IMG/VR virus record: IMGVR_UViG_3300012201_000004
Coordinates: 1 to 57,186 of that record
Length of the DNA stretch: 57,186 nt
DNA from: a virus
Taxonomy: Duplodnaviria > Caudoviricetes
Direction: 5' to 3' (one strand)
Both the position numbers and the translations under genes were made by a program. The notes below the pieces were generated by a model. The model searched no databases. It saw nothing but the letters and a program-made list of their open reading frames with translations, and was not told the origin of the DNA. Positions 37,191-47,508 of this stretch are shown piece after piece. Each line of letters opens with the position of its first letter. Within the stretch, counting starts at the first letter, position 1.

Positions 37191-37531
37191 TGGCCGTGAC
37201 AGTAGATTTTCAACCGTGTTATGTGGGCGCAACCTCGCCATCCTGGGATATCCCGATCACGGCTGGCGGGCAGCCTGAAAATCTCGCGGGCGTCGATGTC
37301 ACAAAGTTCACGCTCTACTTCAAGCTGAATTCAGGGAGTGAGACACCAGGGACCGGAACCTTTACCCTTAAGACCCCTTATCCTGGCGAGGTCTTTTACA
37401 AACCATCGGTCACTGACGTTGCGGCGATCTTTGGCGGGAGTATCGTCATCAAGGCGTTCTATCCACCGTCCTTTACCAATGCCGACGAGATGGTTTTTGA
37501 CCCGATTGCCTTCTCGATAGTGGCGAGTTAG
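37190..37531 (+). CDS. BppU-N-like adaptor protein
   Basis: G.T.P...I, ENLAG, GEVFY....D pattern. Confidence 0.55.
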   Translation: MAVTVDFQPCYVGATSPSWDIPITAGGQPENLAGVDVTKFTLYFKLNSGSETPGTGTFTLKTPYPGEVFYKPSVTDVAAIFGGSIVIKAFYPPSFTNADEMVFDPIAFSIVAS

Positions 37532-37544
37532 AGAGGAAACGCAC

Positions 37545-38474
37545 GTGAAATATATAACGCTCAGTCAGTACAAACTCTCCGATGACGGTATTCCTCTCTC
37601 CGATGTCACTGATGTGTCGCTTGCGCGCTACATTAGTCGTGCCGAGTCGGATCTGGATTCCTACGTTGGGCTCGACTTGAAACGCGGCGGATTTGAGCCA
37701 CACAACGTCTGGCTACAATCCAAGTTCGATGAGCGCACGCGCAAGATGCCATTCCCTAGCTATCCCGTTCCGATCAGGCAAGTGACGCGCTATCGTATCC
37801 AGGTGAGTAACATCAACACCAGCGGCGCGGGTTTCTTCGCCAATATCGATAGTAGCGATTGTGTGATCAATGTGGACGCGGGCTATGTGGAGATCGTACC
37901 ACTACAGGCAGTGACATACTCTCTCTCTCCGGTCATCTTGCAACTAGGTTTACATCCGCCGATTGTGCAGATGGACTGTGAAGTAGGCTATTTCCTTGCA
38001 CAGTTTGGGGAAACGCTCATCGCCACGGACAACACCTACCTGACGTACACAGCAGAACGCGGCTTTTGGGCGCAAACGTATACTCAGGCGCTTGCATCAC
38101 AGCCTCTACAGTTACCGCCTATACCACCAACTATCTATGTCAATGGGGCGGCTCAGAGGTTCGGGTATACCATCAACGCTACTGAAGGCACCGTGACTTT
38201 TACCACGTCTCAGCAAGCGAACACGATTAGTGCAGACTACACCTACACCATTCCTGATGAGGTACGGGATGCGTGCATAGATCAGGTGACGTACTTGCTT
38301 GCTATGAGGGCGCTCAACAAGCAAGGGATGGGGGGGCTAGCGATGGTACGCAACGCTGATGTGGAACTGAGAACGATTGAAAGCTATCCCGCTCGCTTCC
38401 CTAGTGACAACGGTTCTCTGTGTGAACGGGCGGCGCAACGACTCAAGCGACAAGTGGCTATTGCGATAGCGTAG
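37545..38474 (+). CDS. Head-tail adaptor (gp6/gp15-like) with insertion
   Basis: YIT..Y, ISRAESDLDSY, IPDEVRDAC. Confidence 0.7.
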   Translation: MKYITLSQYKLSDDGIPLSDVTDVSLARYISRAESDLDSYVGLDLKRGGFEPHNVWLQSKFDERTRKMPFPSYPVPIRQVTRYRIQVSNINTSGAGFFANIDSSDCVINVDAGYVEIVPLQAVTYSLSPVILQLGLHPPIVQMDCEVGYFLAQFGETLIATDNTYLTYTAERGFWAQTYTQALASQPLQLPPIPPTIYVNGAAQRFGYTINATEGTVTFTTSQQANTISADYTYTIPDEVRDACIDQVTYLLAMRALNKQGMGGLAMVRNADVELRTIESYPARFPSDNGSLCERAAQRLKRQVAIAIA

Positions 38475-38488
38475 GTGGGAGGGTATGC

Positions 38489-38878
38489 ATGCCGGTATTG
38501 CCAAATGTCTTGATCTGGACGACGCGTTCGTCTTATACACCCGCGACGGGTGTCACCAGCGCGGCGACCAACGCTGTCCAGACGGGCATTGTGGCACACA
38601 TCCGACCGATGACCGGCTCAGCCTACAAGATTTTACCTGAGGCAGCATTAGAGAGTGACTATGTGGCAACAGCAGACACGGGAGCGGATATCAGAGAGGG
38701 GGATATCCTCTCGACGATCACACTGATGGATGGGGTGACACCGTGGCCTGGGCTTGGGTTGGCGACCAATACGAATGAGACGTGGCGTGTGACCTTTGTG
38801 TCAGAAGCGACACCAGGACCGCTCGCACACCGCAACGTGTATATCAAGCGTGAAAGAGGGGGAGGGCCATCTTACTAG
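38489..38878 (+). CDS. Head closure/stopper protein
   Basis: Position; DIREGD motif. Confidence 0.65.
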   Translation: MPVLPNVLIWTTRSSYTPATGVTSAATNAVQTGIVAHIRPMTGSAYKILPEAALESDYVATADTGADIREGDILSTITLMDGVTPWPGLGLATNTNETWRVTFVSEATPGPLAHRNVYIKRERGGGPSY

Positions 38879-38887
38879 GTTTAATGC

Positions 38888-39037
38888 ATGACAAGACGTA
38901 GAACGCATAGAGCGCACAGAGTACGGGTGCATCGTGCAAGAGTACACAGACCGCATAAGGCGAGAGTGACGCATATGAGAGTAGTGCATCACAATATTTC
39001 ACATAGGGCATATATGTTTCGATTGTATGGAGCGTGA
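38888..39037 (+). CDS. 49-aa Arg/His-rich basic peptide (not in ORF track)
   Basis: MTRRRTHRAHRVRVHRARVHRPHKAR...; fills the gap between two neck genes. Confidence 0.5.
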   Translation: MTRRRTHRAHRVRVHRARVHRPHKARVTHMRVVHHNISHRAYMFRLYGA

Positions 39038-39041
39038 CAAC

Positions 39042-39524
39042 ATGAGACTGACGATCACAGGAGGAACCGACGAACTACGGGCGCGCATTGCCGATGCTCA
39101 GGCGCAACTGCCTGCACTCATTGAGGAAGCGATGCAAGAGGTTGGCCTCTCGGTCGTCGATGCACTCAGTGCAGCCGCTCCGCGTGGCGCGAATAGTGGT
39201 GGGACGCCTCTCGCGAGTGATGCAGCGGGACCGCTTGCAGACTCCTTCTTTGTGCAGGACGAGGGCGCGGTAGGTGATCCAGGTGCGGCTATCTCTGTCC
39301 AGACATCACAGCCCGCGAAGCTTGATCTGGTCTTGAATGGTCGTGGGGAGGTGAGACCAGTCACGGCGCGCGCGCTCTGGTGGCAGGGACTACAGCACCC
39401 TGTGATGAGGTCAGGACCTGTAGCGCCTAACGATTTCGCCAGTCCGGTGATCGACTCGATCGACGCAGAGGCAGAGTTGCAGACGCTTTCCGATGAGTTT
39501 GCCGCGATATTGGAGGGTGTGTGA
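39042..39524 (+). CDS. Tail completion protein (HK97 gp10-like)
   Basis: AP..G.L..S, VRPVTARALWW, PNDF. Confidence 0.7.
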   Translation: MRLTITGGTDELRARIADAQAQLPALIEEAMQEVGLSVVDALSAAAPRGANSGGTPLASDAAGPLADSFFVQDEGAVGDPGAAISVQTSQPAKLDLVLNGRGEVRPVTARALWWQGLQHPVMRSGPVAPNDFASPVIDSIDAEAELQTLSDEFAAILEGV

Positions 39525-39733
39525 TGCTCCCATGCTGTCCTGTATGCCACAAACCCATATCATTTCAGTCTACGGCGAACACGCTCTATTGTCAGTGTTC
39601 CTGTGGACAGTTCCCCGTACAACGCACCGTTTCCGGTTTCACCATCATGAAGAGCGTCAAGGGAGTCGAGAGGACAGCCGTACCCCAGGCGTTCTACGAC
39701 GCATTCGGTGAGGATGAGGAGGTGCAACCATGA
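39521..39733 (+). CDS. Zn-ribbon protein
   Basis: CPVC..CQCSC, PQAFYDAF. Confidence 0.5.
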   Translation: MMLPCCPVCHKPISFQSTANTLYCQCSCGQFPVQRTVSGFTIMKSVKGVERTAVPQAFYDAFGEDEEVQP

Positions 39734-40107
39734 CTCAGATGCCGCCATTGCCACCCAATACCCATAGCGAGTTACTTGATGAGATGAGAGCAGTGAGGAC
39801 GCTTACAGAGACGCTGGTGACACGTCTCCCCCAACCTGTTGCGCCTCAGCAGGAAAGCATATTACAGCGGTGGCGCTGGCTTATCGGTCTTTGCGCCACG
39901 GGGATTATGACCATAGGCATCATCTCAGGCATTATTTCAGGGGTCATCTGGGGCTCTCGTACTGTCGATGGAACCCTGCTTGCACATCTCGTCACACTGA
40001 CCTTTTGTGTCTTGCTCGTTCTTGCGAATATCTTTGCGATCGGGTGGGTCATCTTGACGCTCTTGGAAAAGGCGTATCGCGGGAAGTACGAGGTGGCACA
40101 ATCATGA
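39730..40107 (+). CDS. 2-TM membrane protein
   Basis: Two hydrophobic helices, coupled starts. Confidence 0.6.
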   Translation: MTQMPPLPPNTHSELLDEMRAVRTLTETLVTRLPQPVAPQQESILQRWRWLIGLCATGIMTIGIISGIISGVIWGSRTVDGTLLAHLVTLTFCVLLVLANIFAIGWVILTLLEKAYRGKYEVAQS

Positions 40108-40631
40108 CGCTCCGGACCGCAAATAACCCGATGCTCGATTCTGTGGTGTTGAACGTTCTTGCACAGCTTTTACCCAACGATCCTGTAACGGGACTTCCCA
40201 ACACGGTGATCGGACAAAATCAGGTGGCATTAGGCAGCTCACTCGTCTATGTGCAAAATAAATATCTCATGTCACTAGGGCAGTTTCCCGCTGTCCATCT
40301 CTCATCAGGGGAACAACACTACCGCATTGTGACACGGGCTGGATACGTCGGTCTCTTCATCGCAGAAATCGAGTATTACGATAGATGGGATACGCAGCCT
40401 TCGACAATAGACGCAATACGCACTAACATCGCAACCGACTTAGAACGCATGAAAGCCAATATCGAAGACCAGGACTCACTCGCGTATCAGGGACAAGCCT
40501 ATGCAATCAGTATCCCTGAGATGTCCCTCTCCCCATATAAGGGAGAGATAGATACACAGTTCCCAGGACTTACCCTGGTTTATAGGACGCTCACATTACA
40601 CGTAAATCTGCTTCCTTACGATGCAGCTTAG
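40104..40631 (+). CDS. Tail terminator
   Basis: Position; FPAV motif. Confidence 0.65.
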   Translation: MTLRTANNPMLDSVVLNVLAQLLPNDPVTGLPNTVIGQNQVALGSSLVYVQNKYLMSLGQFPAVHLSSGEQHYRIVTRAGYVGLFIAEIEYYDRWDTQPSTIDAIRTNIATDLERMKANIEDQDSLAYQGQAYAISIPEMSLSPYKGEIDTQFPGLTLVYRTLTLHVNLLPYDAA

Positions 40632-40640
40632 GAGAATTAC

Positions 40641-41090
40641 ATGGAAACACCACAGAAGATCGCCGCTCGCTACATCGGCAACCACGCCGTCCTGTTGCAG
40701 GCTGGCATGGGGCCGTACTACGACGCGGACGGCAAGCGCTTGACCTCACTTGTCCTCTCGTACGGGGATACGCTCATGATGCCAGCCGAAGAAGTACTCG
40801 GCAAAACCTACCTTCGGCAAGGCGAGACGTTGCTCTCTCTCGGTATCGGGAAGGTGGTACTGCCTGAAAACGCGCACAAGTCGCCGGAGGAGTTAGCGGC
40901 GTCGAATTATGAGTTTCATAGCGGGCGCTCTGACTTTGAGCCGGTTGTACTGTCAGTCCTGGAGCCTCCGGTAGAGGAGCCGGCACAGGCAGAGGAGCCA
41001 CCAGCGCCCGTAGAGGAACCTACGCCCGACACGTCATCACAGCCAGAACAACCTGCAAAAGATGCATCACAGATAGAGGAGGTACAATAG
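40641..41090 (+). CDS. Hypothetical protein with P/E-rich tail
   Basis: SD AGGAG, RYIG motif; precedes the tube gene. Confidence 0.6.
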   Translation: METPQKIAARYIGNHAVLLQAGMGPYYDADGKRLTSLVLSYGDTLMMPAEEVLGKTYLRQGETLLSLGIGKVVLPENAHKSPEELAASNYEFHSGRSDFEPVVLSVLEPPVEEPAQAEEPPAPVEEPTPDTSSQPEQPAKDASQIEEVQ

Positions 41091-41091
41091 C

Positions 41092-42594
41092 ATGCCAACG
41101 GTACTAGTTCCCATCAGGAGCGATAATGCTTATTGGGGCTTTAGCAAGGAGGTAGTTCCTGGTACGCCTGTTGCACCTTCTGTCTTCCCACGCTGGCAAG
41201 ACGGCTCAAGCCTTGAGTACGACCTGAAGATGGAAGAGATTTGGGAAGGTGACGGCTCCCGTCGTCTCTCGCAGCTCGTCAAGAACCAGCAAGGCGTCAA
41301 GATCAAGCTCACCATCATGCCGCGCATGAACGAGATCGGCTTTTTCGAGATGCTCGCAATGGGAGCCAGTTCAGACACGATCACGACGGCCTCACCCTCG
41401 ACAACGCTCTCAGCAGGTGCGACGGGCGGGACATCGACGAGCCTGTCAGTAGCCGCCAACACTGGTCTCACTGGTACCGGCAACATCCAGATGGTTGTCG
41501 GGCAAGGCACCGCAACCGTCGAGACGGCCACCTTCACCCTGCCTGTGACCGGTGGGGGACCGTACGTGCTTGCAGTGGCTGCTAGCTACAATGGTGGCAA
41601 GATCGCCAATAACCACAGTAGTGCTGATACCATTGCCAGTGTTGCCACTGCGAATACTGCCTTTACGAGTGGTGCCTCCGCAGGTGCTACGACCATTATT
41701 GTCGGCAACAACAACGGCTTGACTGGCTCAGGTACCGCGTCGGTCGTGCTCTCTCCTGGCACTGCTAATGAGGAGATTGTGACCATTACCACTCCTGGCA
41801 CTGGCGCAGGGCCATACACCTACACGCTCGCCAATGCCGCCACGCTCAAGAATGCGCACACCAGCGGAGACTTCGTGAGTACTCCGGTGATTCATGTCAT
41901 CTCAGATCAGACGGACGGGGCCTATGCCACCATTGAAGTCGGACTCGGCTCACTCTATGGCTCATCCGGCATTGCGTTACGTGTGCGCTCCTGCAAGGTA
42001 GAGAGTATCAAACGATCGGGCAAAGCTGGCGGTGTAATCGCCTATGAGATGGAGTTTGCTGGTATCGCATCAACCGTTCAATCGACACCGCCAACGATCA
42101 CACTAGAGAAGCACAACATCTTTCTCTACACACAAGGCACCTGGACATTGGATGGAAGCACAAGCGGGGATGCGCTCAATATCGAGATGTTTGACATTCA
42201 GCAGAAAAACAATCTCGCCACGGAGATCCAGACCGAACAACTCACGCGCGCGGCGCTCATCTTTGGCAATCTCGCGGTAGATCTTGGCTTCGATGTGGTC
42301 TACCAGAACGGTTCACGTATCCAGGAAGTCTACTTCGGATCTTCGACGGGTACAACTGATAGCCAGACCATCTACCTGGGAGCGTTCAACGTGAGTTTTC
42401 TCCAACCAAGCGGCTTTGACCAGCTCGTCCTCAACGTCCCGACCATCGCTTACACGAAGGTTGGCATGCCAGCTCCGAAGAAGGACGGCAAATACTTCAA
42501 GCAGTCGCTCAGTGCGGTGGGTACGAGCAATCAGGGGGCTAATACCTACGTTGCACAAACGACCGTGTACAACACGCAATACTCGCAAAACTAG
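41092..42594 (+). CDS. Tail tube protein with two inserted beta-modules
   Basis: KEVVPGTPV, SLEY, KNNL; G/T-rich inserts. Confidence 0.8.
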   Translation: MPTVLVPIRSDNAYWGFSKEVVPGTPVAPSVFPRWQDGSSLEYDLKMEEIWEGDGSRRLSQLVKNQQGVKIKLTIMPRMNEIGFFEMLAMGASSDTITTASPSTTLSAGATGGTSTSLSVAANTGLTGTGNIQMVVGQGTATVETATFTLPVTGGGPYVLAVAASYNGGKIANNHSSADTIASVATANTAFTSGASAGATTIIVGNNNGLTGSGTASVVLSPGTANEEIVTITTPGTGAGPYTYTLANAATLKNAHTSGDFVSTPVIHVISDQTDGAYATIEVGLGSLYGSSGIALRVRSCKVESIKRSGKAGGVIAYEMEFAGIASTVQSTPPTITLEKHNIFLYTQGTWTLDGSTSGDALNIEMFDIQQKNNLATEIQTEQLTRAALIFGNLAVDLGFDVVYQNGSRIQEVYFGSSTGTTDSQTIYLGAFNVSFLQPSGFDQLVLNVPTIAYTKVGMPAPKKDGKYFKQSLSAVGTSNQGANTYVAQTTVYNTQYSQN

Positions 42595-42615
42595 CTATAA
42601 GGTAACAATATACGT

Positions 42616-43116
42616 ATGAACGTACATATAAAAGAAGATGAGGATTTGACCGCCATTGATGTAGCGGCGCTCAGAGAGCAGGCACAGGCTGAGCAGGCGC
42701 TGAACACGCTTGATCGGCTCGGTTCGGTCAATCTCGACGAGGTGACTACTGACATCGTGCCAGTGGCCTTCGTCGAGTTTGAGCCGCATGAGTCTGGTGG
42801 TGTGAAGCGCATGAAACCGAGAGTGCGGCATGCGGAGATCATCGACTACGTGCCGATGTACCTGCTCAACCGTGCGCTCGCCAACGAAAGAAAGATCAAG
42901 AAGATACGCGCAAAGATTGATGCGGAAGAGATGGAGGAACCGGAAGAAGATGTGCAGATGACCTCCTTGCAACGATCGGTCTACGAGGTGTGGAAGCTCT
43001 CTGAGCCGGAGATGACGTTTGACCGCTTCAAGGTTGGGCTTGAGTTGAGTCAGGTCATGGGGCTGTACAATCGTTTTTTCGGCGTGCGCTTCCGCCAGAT
43101 GACGAGCAAAGCGTAG
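42616..43116 (+). CDS. Tail assembly chaperone (gpG-like)
   Basis: Between tube and TMP; slippery T-TTT-TTC at 43074-43080. Confidence 0.75.
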   Translation: MNVHIKEDEDLTAIDVAALREQAQAEQALNTLDRLGSVNLDEVTTDIVPVAFVEFEPHESGGVKRMKPRVRHAEIIDYVPMYLLNRALANERKIKKIRAKIDAEEMEEPEEDVQMTSLQRSVYEVWKLSEPEMTFDRFKVGLELSQVMGLYNRFFGVRFRQMTSKA

Positions 43117-43637
43117 CGCGTCGAGAGCATACCGCACGGGAGCATGGAATAGCACTCCTTGCAGGAGAACAAGACTTCTCCGAAGTGACGATTGATGAGT
43201 CGTGTGAGTGGGACGAGGAGGCGATAGAGCAAGCGTATGAGCAGGCACGGACACTGGATACGTGCGATCCGGCGGCAGCAAAGCAGTTGAGAGCACAGGC
43301 GCACTATGCACAACAGAGAAAGAGGGGACAGGTATCAAGTGATGAGACGATGCTACTGGGCAAGACGTACGATCCGATGCGACTCTACGCTCGCATGGCA
43401 AAGTACTATGGCTTCTCTCATCGCACGATGGACACAATGCACATTCCAACTTTCTTTGGCTATGTCCGTGAGGCGTCCATTATGATCGACGAGGAGCAGG
43501 CAGAGATCGACAAGAAGAACAAAGCAGGCAACACCGCAAAGCAACCGCTCAGCCCACAGGAGGCGGAGGCGTTCGTCAAGCGCGAGTTTGGGGTAGCGCA
43601 ACCGTATCCTGGGGAGGTCGTGGCGTATGCAGGGTAA
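43077..43637 (+). CDS. Tail assembly chaperone -1 frameshift extension (gpT-like)
   Basis: -1 frame is open from the slippery site to 43637; YYGFSH..MDTM. Confidence 0.75.
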   Translation, partial: FRRALPPDDEQSVARREHTAREHGIALLAGEQDFSEVTIDESCEWDEEAIEQAYEQARTLDTCDPAAAKQLRAQAHYAQQRKRGQVSSDETMLLGKTYDPMRLYARMAKYYGFSHRTMDTMHIPTFFGYVREASIMIDEEQAEIDKKNKAGNTAKQPLSPQEAEAFVKREFGVAQPYPGEVVAYAG

Positions 43638-46600
43638 TGGCGTGATGTGGCAGGCGAGTCTTGACGCCTCAGAGGTCATGGCCGCGCTTGATGAAATCAT
43701 GACTGGTCTGGATGCAGTTGACCAGTCCATGTCCTCATTAGGAGCGTCGGGCGCTCAACTTTCCGGCATGGATGACGTGCTCACGTCGCTGCAAAACGTG
43801 GTCACTGAACTTTCAGTTGGTTTTGATAATCTCGACAACTCACTGCAACAAGTCATCGCCAACACAGACGCCACGACGACCGCCGTCACCGACCTGGAAG
43901 GCTCAATTGCCGGGGTATCCGCTTCTATCGACGCGCTCGGAGCAAGTGCGGGCACGGCAGGAGCGCAAGTCGGGGCTTTAGGGCCAGAAGCTGATGCTGC
44001 TGTTGGACCGCTTGAGGCACTACAAGGCGCAATGGGGCCGCTCATGATGATCGGCACCGTCGCGGCCATGGTGGGCGGCAAGCTCGTGTCGATGGGCATG
44101 GACGGCCAGAAAGGCGAGGCGTTGCTACGCGGAATGGCCGGGGCAAGCCAGGCCGATATCAATGCGCTGGAGACTGATGCAGAGAAGCTTGGCGTTGGCA
44201 TGGATCAGGCGACCGCCGGCTTCTACCGAATCGAGAGCGCGGGGTATGATGCGGCTCATGGTGGTATCCAGGTCTTCGATGCATCCATGCGGCTTGCTAA
44301 GGGCGGGCAGGCCGACGCGAGCGACGTGATGACGGGCCTCACCGCGATCATGCATGATTATGGGCAGGGAGCGAATCAAGCGAGCAATGATACAGACCTC
44401 ATGGCGCAGGCCGTCTTCGAAGGCAACCAGTCCATGCAGGACTTTGCACAGAGCGTCGGACCTCTTGCCGCAGCCGCCCACAATGCAGGCTTCTCGCTCA
44501 AGGAAGTGTTGGCCGCTGAGGCTGCCATGACCCTGGTCAATCCCCACGTGCGCCAGGACACGCAGCAGCTTACCGGCCTCATGCAGTCGCTTAGTCCAGC
44601 CATGGGCAAGACGGCGGCAACCGCGAAAACACTTGGCCTCTCCTTCGACGAAGCGCATTTCAAGAGCCTGGACCTGCTGGGCAAACTAGAGTACCTGGCG
44701 CAGATCTCCGGCGGCACAGGAACCGCTGCATTCGTGAAACTCACCGGCGGCGTGCGTGGCAGTACGGCGGCAGTGGATCTGATGATGGGGAAGGCAGGGA
44801 AGTTTAAGCAGGACCTGGAGGGCATGAATCAGGCCGCAGGCAGGGCAGGCAATTCCTTCAATCAGTGGGAAAATACCATCCCAGGCGCGCTAGATCACGT
44901 CGGAGCGTCTCTCTCCATTTTTTCCACAAAACTTCTGGATGCTATCGGACCCAAAGTCGGGCCACTTATCGCACAAGTAAGCACCGGCATATCGAATATG
45001 GCTGACCTCATCCTCAATCATACTAATGAGGTTATGCCTGTCTTGACTGGTCTGGCAGGAGTGGTCGGCGGTGCTCTGGTACTAGCCATCGCTGCCTTTA
45101 TAGCATCAGCCTGGCCGGTGCTCGCGGTCCTTGCTGGAATCGGTCTAGCGGTGGCCGGAGTGACCTTTGTGATTCAGCATTGGGGGCAGATCACCACGTC
45201 TGTCGGGACGTTTTTTCAATCGACCTGGACTACCGTATCTTCTACCTTCAAGGGGGCTCTCTCTGGCATCGGAAGCGCACTGACGCAGGCTGGTAACACC
45301 GTGTCTTCCGTTGGGGCTGGGATAGTCAACTGGTTTCATCAGTGGGAAGGGGTCATTAAAGGGGTTGCTATCGTGCTTGGTGTCTTCTTCGGACCTGCTT
45401 TAATTAAGGCTGGTGTTGAAGCAGTGGTGAGCGGTGCTAAGATCGCGGGACAATTTGTGGGGTCGCTCATCAAAACAGGCATAGAAGCGGCGGTGAGCGG
45501 TGTGAAACTCAGTATATCCTTTGTGCAGACTATGATCAAGGCTGGTGTTGAAGCAGTGGTGAGCGGTGCGAAAATCGCTGCTAGTTTTGTGGCAAGTATG
45601 GTCAGGGCAGGGATAGAAGCCGTCATTAATGGTGCAAAAATCACTGCCAGTTTTGTAGCAAGCCTAATCAAAACGGGCATTGAAGGTTGGCAGTCAGCCG
45701 GAAAGCTGGCTACCTTCATTGGCTCTATGATTGCTAGCGGTACGCAAGCGGTACTTGCCGGGGCAAAAATCGCGGCAAGCTTTGTCGCCAGCATGGTGAA
45801 GGCAGGTGTGGAGGCGGCGGCAGCAGGCGCAAAAATTGCAGCACAATTTATTGCTACGCTCATCAAGACCGGAATCCAGGCCGCTATTACGGGCGCGCAA
45901 ATGCTAGCTTCGCTGGTACCTGCCATCGCATCGGTGGTTGCTGAAGCAGTCGTAGCCGCTGCAACGGCTATCCCTGGATTAGTCATAGGCTTCATCGCCT
46001 GGGCAGGGGCAGCCTGGACAGCAGCAGCAGGCACTATTGCTGCCACATGGCCCGTACTGCTTATAATAGTTGCTATTGCAGCTCTCATCGCTATCATCGT
46101 CTTGTTGGCTACGCATTGGAAGCAAGTCACGCAGGCAGTAGGGAACGCTATGTCTGCCCTAGGCACAAAGGTGCATCAGATCCTTGAGGGCATCGGGCAA
46201 AAATTTTCAGAACTTGGCACAAAAGCGAATCAAATGAAAAATACGATCGGGCAAAAATTTTCAGAACTTGGCACAAACGTCCATAATTCCGTCACGACAC
46301 TAGGTACCAATGTGCTCGCACAGTGGAATAAACTCAACGGCTCTAGCGATAAGTCGTGGTCGGATATTGCGCACACGGCAGCCACACGTGCAGGTCAACT
46401 CAAGGATATGGTGCTAACCAGTATCAGGCAGATGGTGACCAATTTTGGGCTCTTGATCATCAGGATGGTATCGAGTTTCAGGCCATTTTTCGAGATGCTT
46501 TCGCATGTACCAGGACCGGTCGGGGACATGGCAAAGGGCGTGCTGAAGCAGATGGATACGCTCAAAAATGGTGTGTCGGACAAAACGGCGCAAATGAAGG

Positions 46601-47487
46601 TACTGGCATTACAGCATACCGCAGACATGCACAATGAAGCCGTTGCTCAGCTTGAGCAGATGCGTCAAAAGATCATTCAGCAAATTCAGGACACCAAAGA
46701 TCCGGTAACAAAGAAAATGCTGGAGATGAAAGAGCAATCCGTCCAGCATATGGAAAATATGCATCATGATGCCGCTAATCAAGCTCTGCAAATGAAGAGT
46801 GAGATTGTCCAACATACGCAGGATATGTCTAACCAGGTCGTGGGACACAGCATCATTCCCGATATGGTCAATGGCGTCGTATCCTGGTTTCAGCAACTCC
46901 CAGGTCGAGCGGGGGCTGCACTACAATCTATGGTGAGCACCGGTATAGGTATCCTTAATGGCATGATAGGACAAGCTATGACCGCTGGCTCCAATATCGT
47001 CAATGGCATCGCCAACGGGATTCGAGGGGCGATCGGCGCGGTTGGCTCGGCGATCGGGGCCGTCACCTCGTTTATCTCCGACCATCTCCCACACTCACCC
47101 GCGAAAGTCGGCCCGTTGCGCGATCTTCCACAAGCCGCAGCGAATATCTCTAAACAGATTGCTGAAGGGATGCTCACGGAGATACCAACCATTCAGGCAT
47201 CCATGACACATCTCCTCCAACCAGTGATCACCATGCCAAAGGTGCCAGTCGGAGCGGCAACCGGCTTTGGAGGAGGCGGCAGCGCACAGACGAACGCGCA
47301 ACTGCAACAGATCATCGCACTCTTGCAACAGCAACAACAGGTGCAAAACACGATCTCGCATACGAATATGAATAACACGATCAATGCACCTGGAATATCG
47401 GATGTTCAGAAGCTCTATCGCTTGCTACAGTCGCTTGGAGGGTATGGATATGAATCCGTCCAGAGGGGTTCCTACGGCATTGGATAA
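43627..47487 (+). CDS. Tape measure protein (TP901-like)
   Basis: 1286 aa, A/G-rich; FYRIESAG, 11/22-aa AKIA repeats, HSIIPDMV, PHSPAKVGPL. Confidence 0.92.
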   Translation: MQGNGVMWQASLDASEVMAALDEIMTGLDAVDQSMSSLGASGAQLSGMDDVLTSLQNVVTELSVGFDNLDNSLQQVIANTDATTTAVTDLEGSIAGVSASIDALGASAGTAGAQVGALGPEADAAVGPLEALQGAMGPLMMIGTVAAMVGGKLVSMGMDGQKGEALLRGMAGASQADINALETDAEKLGVGMDQATAGFYRIESAGYDAAHGGIQVFDASMRLAKGGQADASDVMTGLTAIMHDYGQGANQASNDTDLMAQAVFEGNQSMQDFAQSVGPLAAAAHNAGFSLKEVLAAEAAMTLVNPHVRQDTQQLTGLMQSLSPAMGKTAATAKTLGLSFDEAHFKSLDLLGKLEYLAQISGGTGTAAFVKLTGGVRGSTAAVDLMMGKAGKFKQDLEGMNQAAGRAGNSFNQWENTIPGALDHVGASLSIFSTKLLDAIGPKVGPLIAQVSTGISNMADLILNHTNEVMPVLTGLAGVVGGALVLAIAAFIASAWPVLAVLAGIGLAVAGVTFVIQHWGQITTSVGTFFQSTWTTVSSTFKGALSGIGSALTQAGNTVSSVGAGIVNWFHQWEGVIKGVAIVLGVFFGPALIKAGVEAVVSGAKIAGQFVGSLIKTGIEAAVSGVKLSISFVQTMIKAGVEAVVSGAKIAASFVASMVRAGIEAVINGAKITASFVASLIKTGIEGWQSAGKLATFIGSMIASGTQAVLAGAKIAASFVASMVKAGVEAAAAGAKIAAQFIATLIKTGIQAAITGAQMLASLVPAIASVVAEAVVAAATAIPGLVIGFIAWAGAAWTAAAGTIAATWPVLLIIVAIAALIAIIVLLATHWKQVTQAVGNAMSALGTKVHQILEGIGQKFSELGTKANQMKNTIGQKFSELGTNVHNSVTTLGTNVLAQWNKLNGSSDKSWSDIAHTAATRAGQLKDMVLTSIRQMVTNFGLLIIRMVSSFRPFFEMLSHVPGPVGDMAKGVLKQMDTLKNGVSDKTAQMKVLALQHTADMHNEAVAQLEQMRQKIIQQIQDTKDPVTKKMLEMKEQSVQHMENMHHDAANQALQMKSEIVQHTQDMSNQVVGHSIIPDMVNGVVSWFQQLPGRAGAALQSMVSTGIGILNGMIGQAMTAGSNIVNGIANGIRGAIGAVGSAIGAVTSFISDHLPHSPAKVGPLRDLPQAAANISKQIAEGMLTEIPTIQASMTHLLQPVITMPKVPVGAATGFGGGGSAQTNAQLQQIIALLQQQQQVQNTISHTNMNNTINAPGISDVQKLYRLLQSLGGYGYESVQRGSYGIG

Positions 47488-47508
47488 TAAAAGAGGTATA
47501 GACTAGAT

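Noticed and set aside
9552-46166. Long antisense ORFs (9552..10412, 42595..43449, 45339..46166)
   Set aside because: They mirror well-supported plus-strand genes.
45380-46290. Exact direct repeats of about 30 bp
   Set aside because: They are in-frame tape-measure repeats, not CRISPR repeats or att sites.
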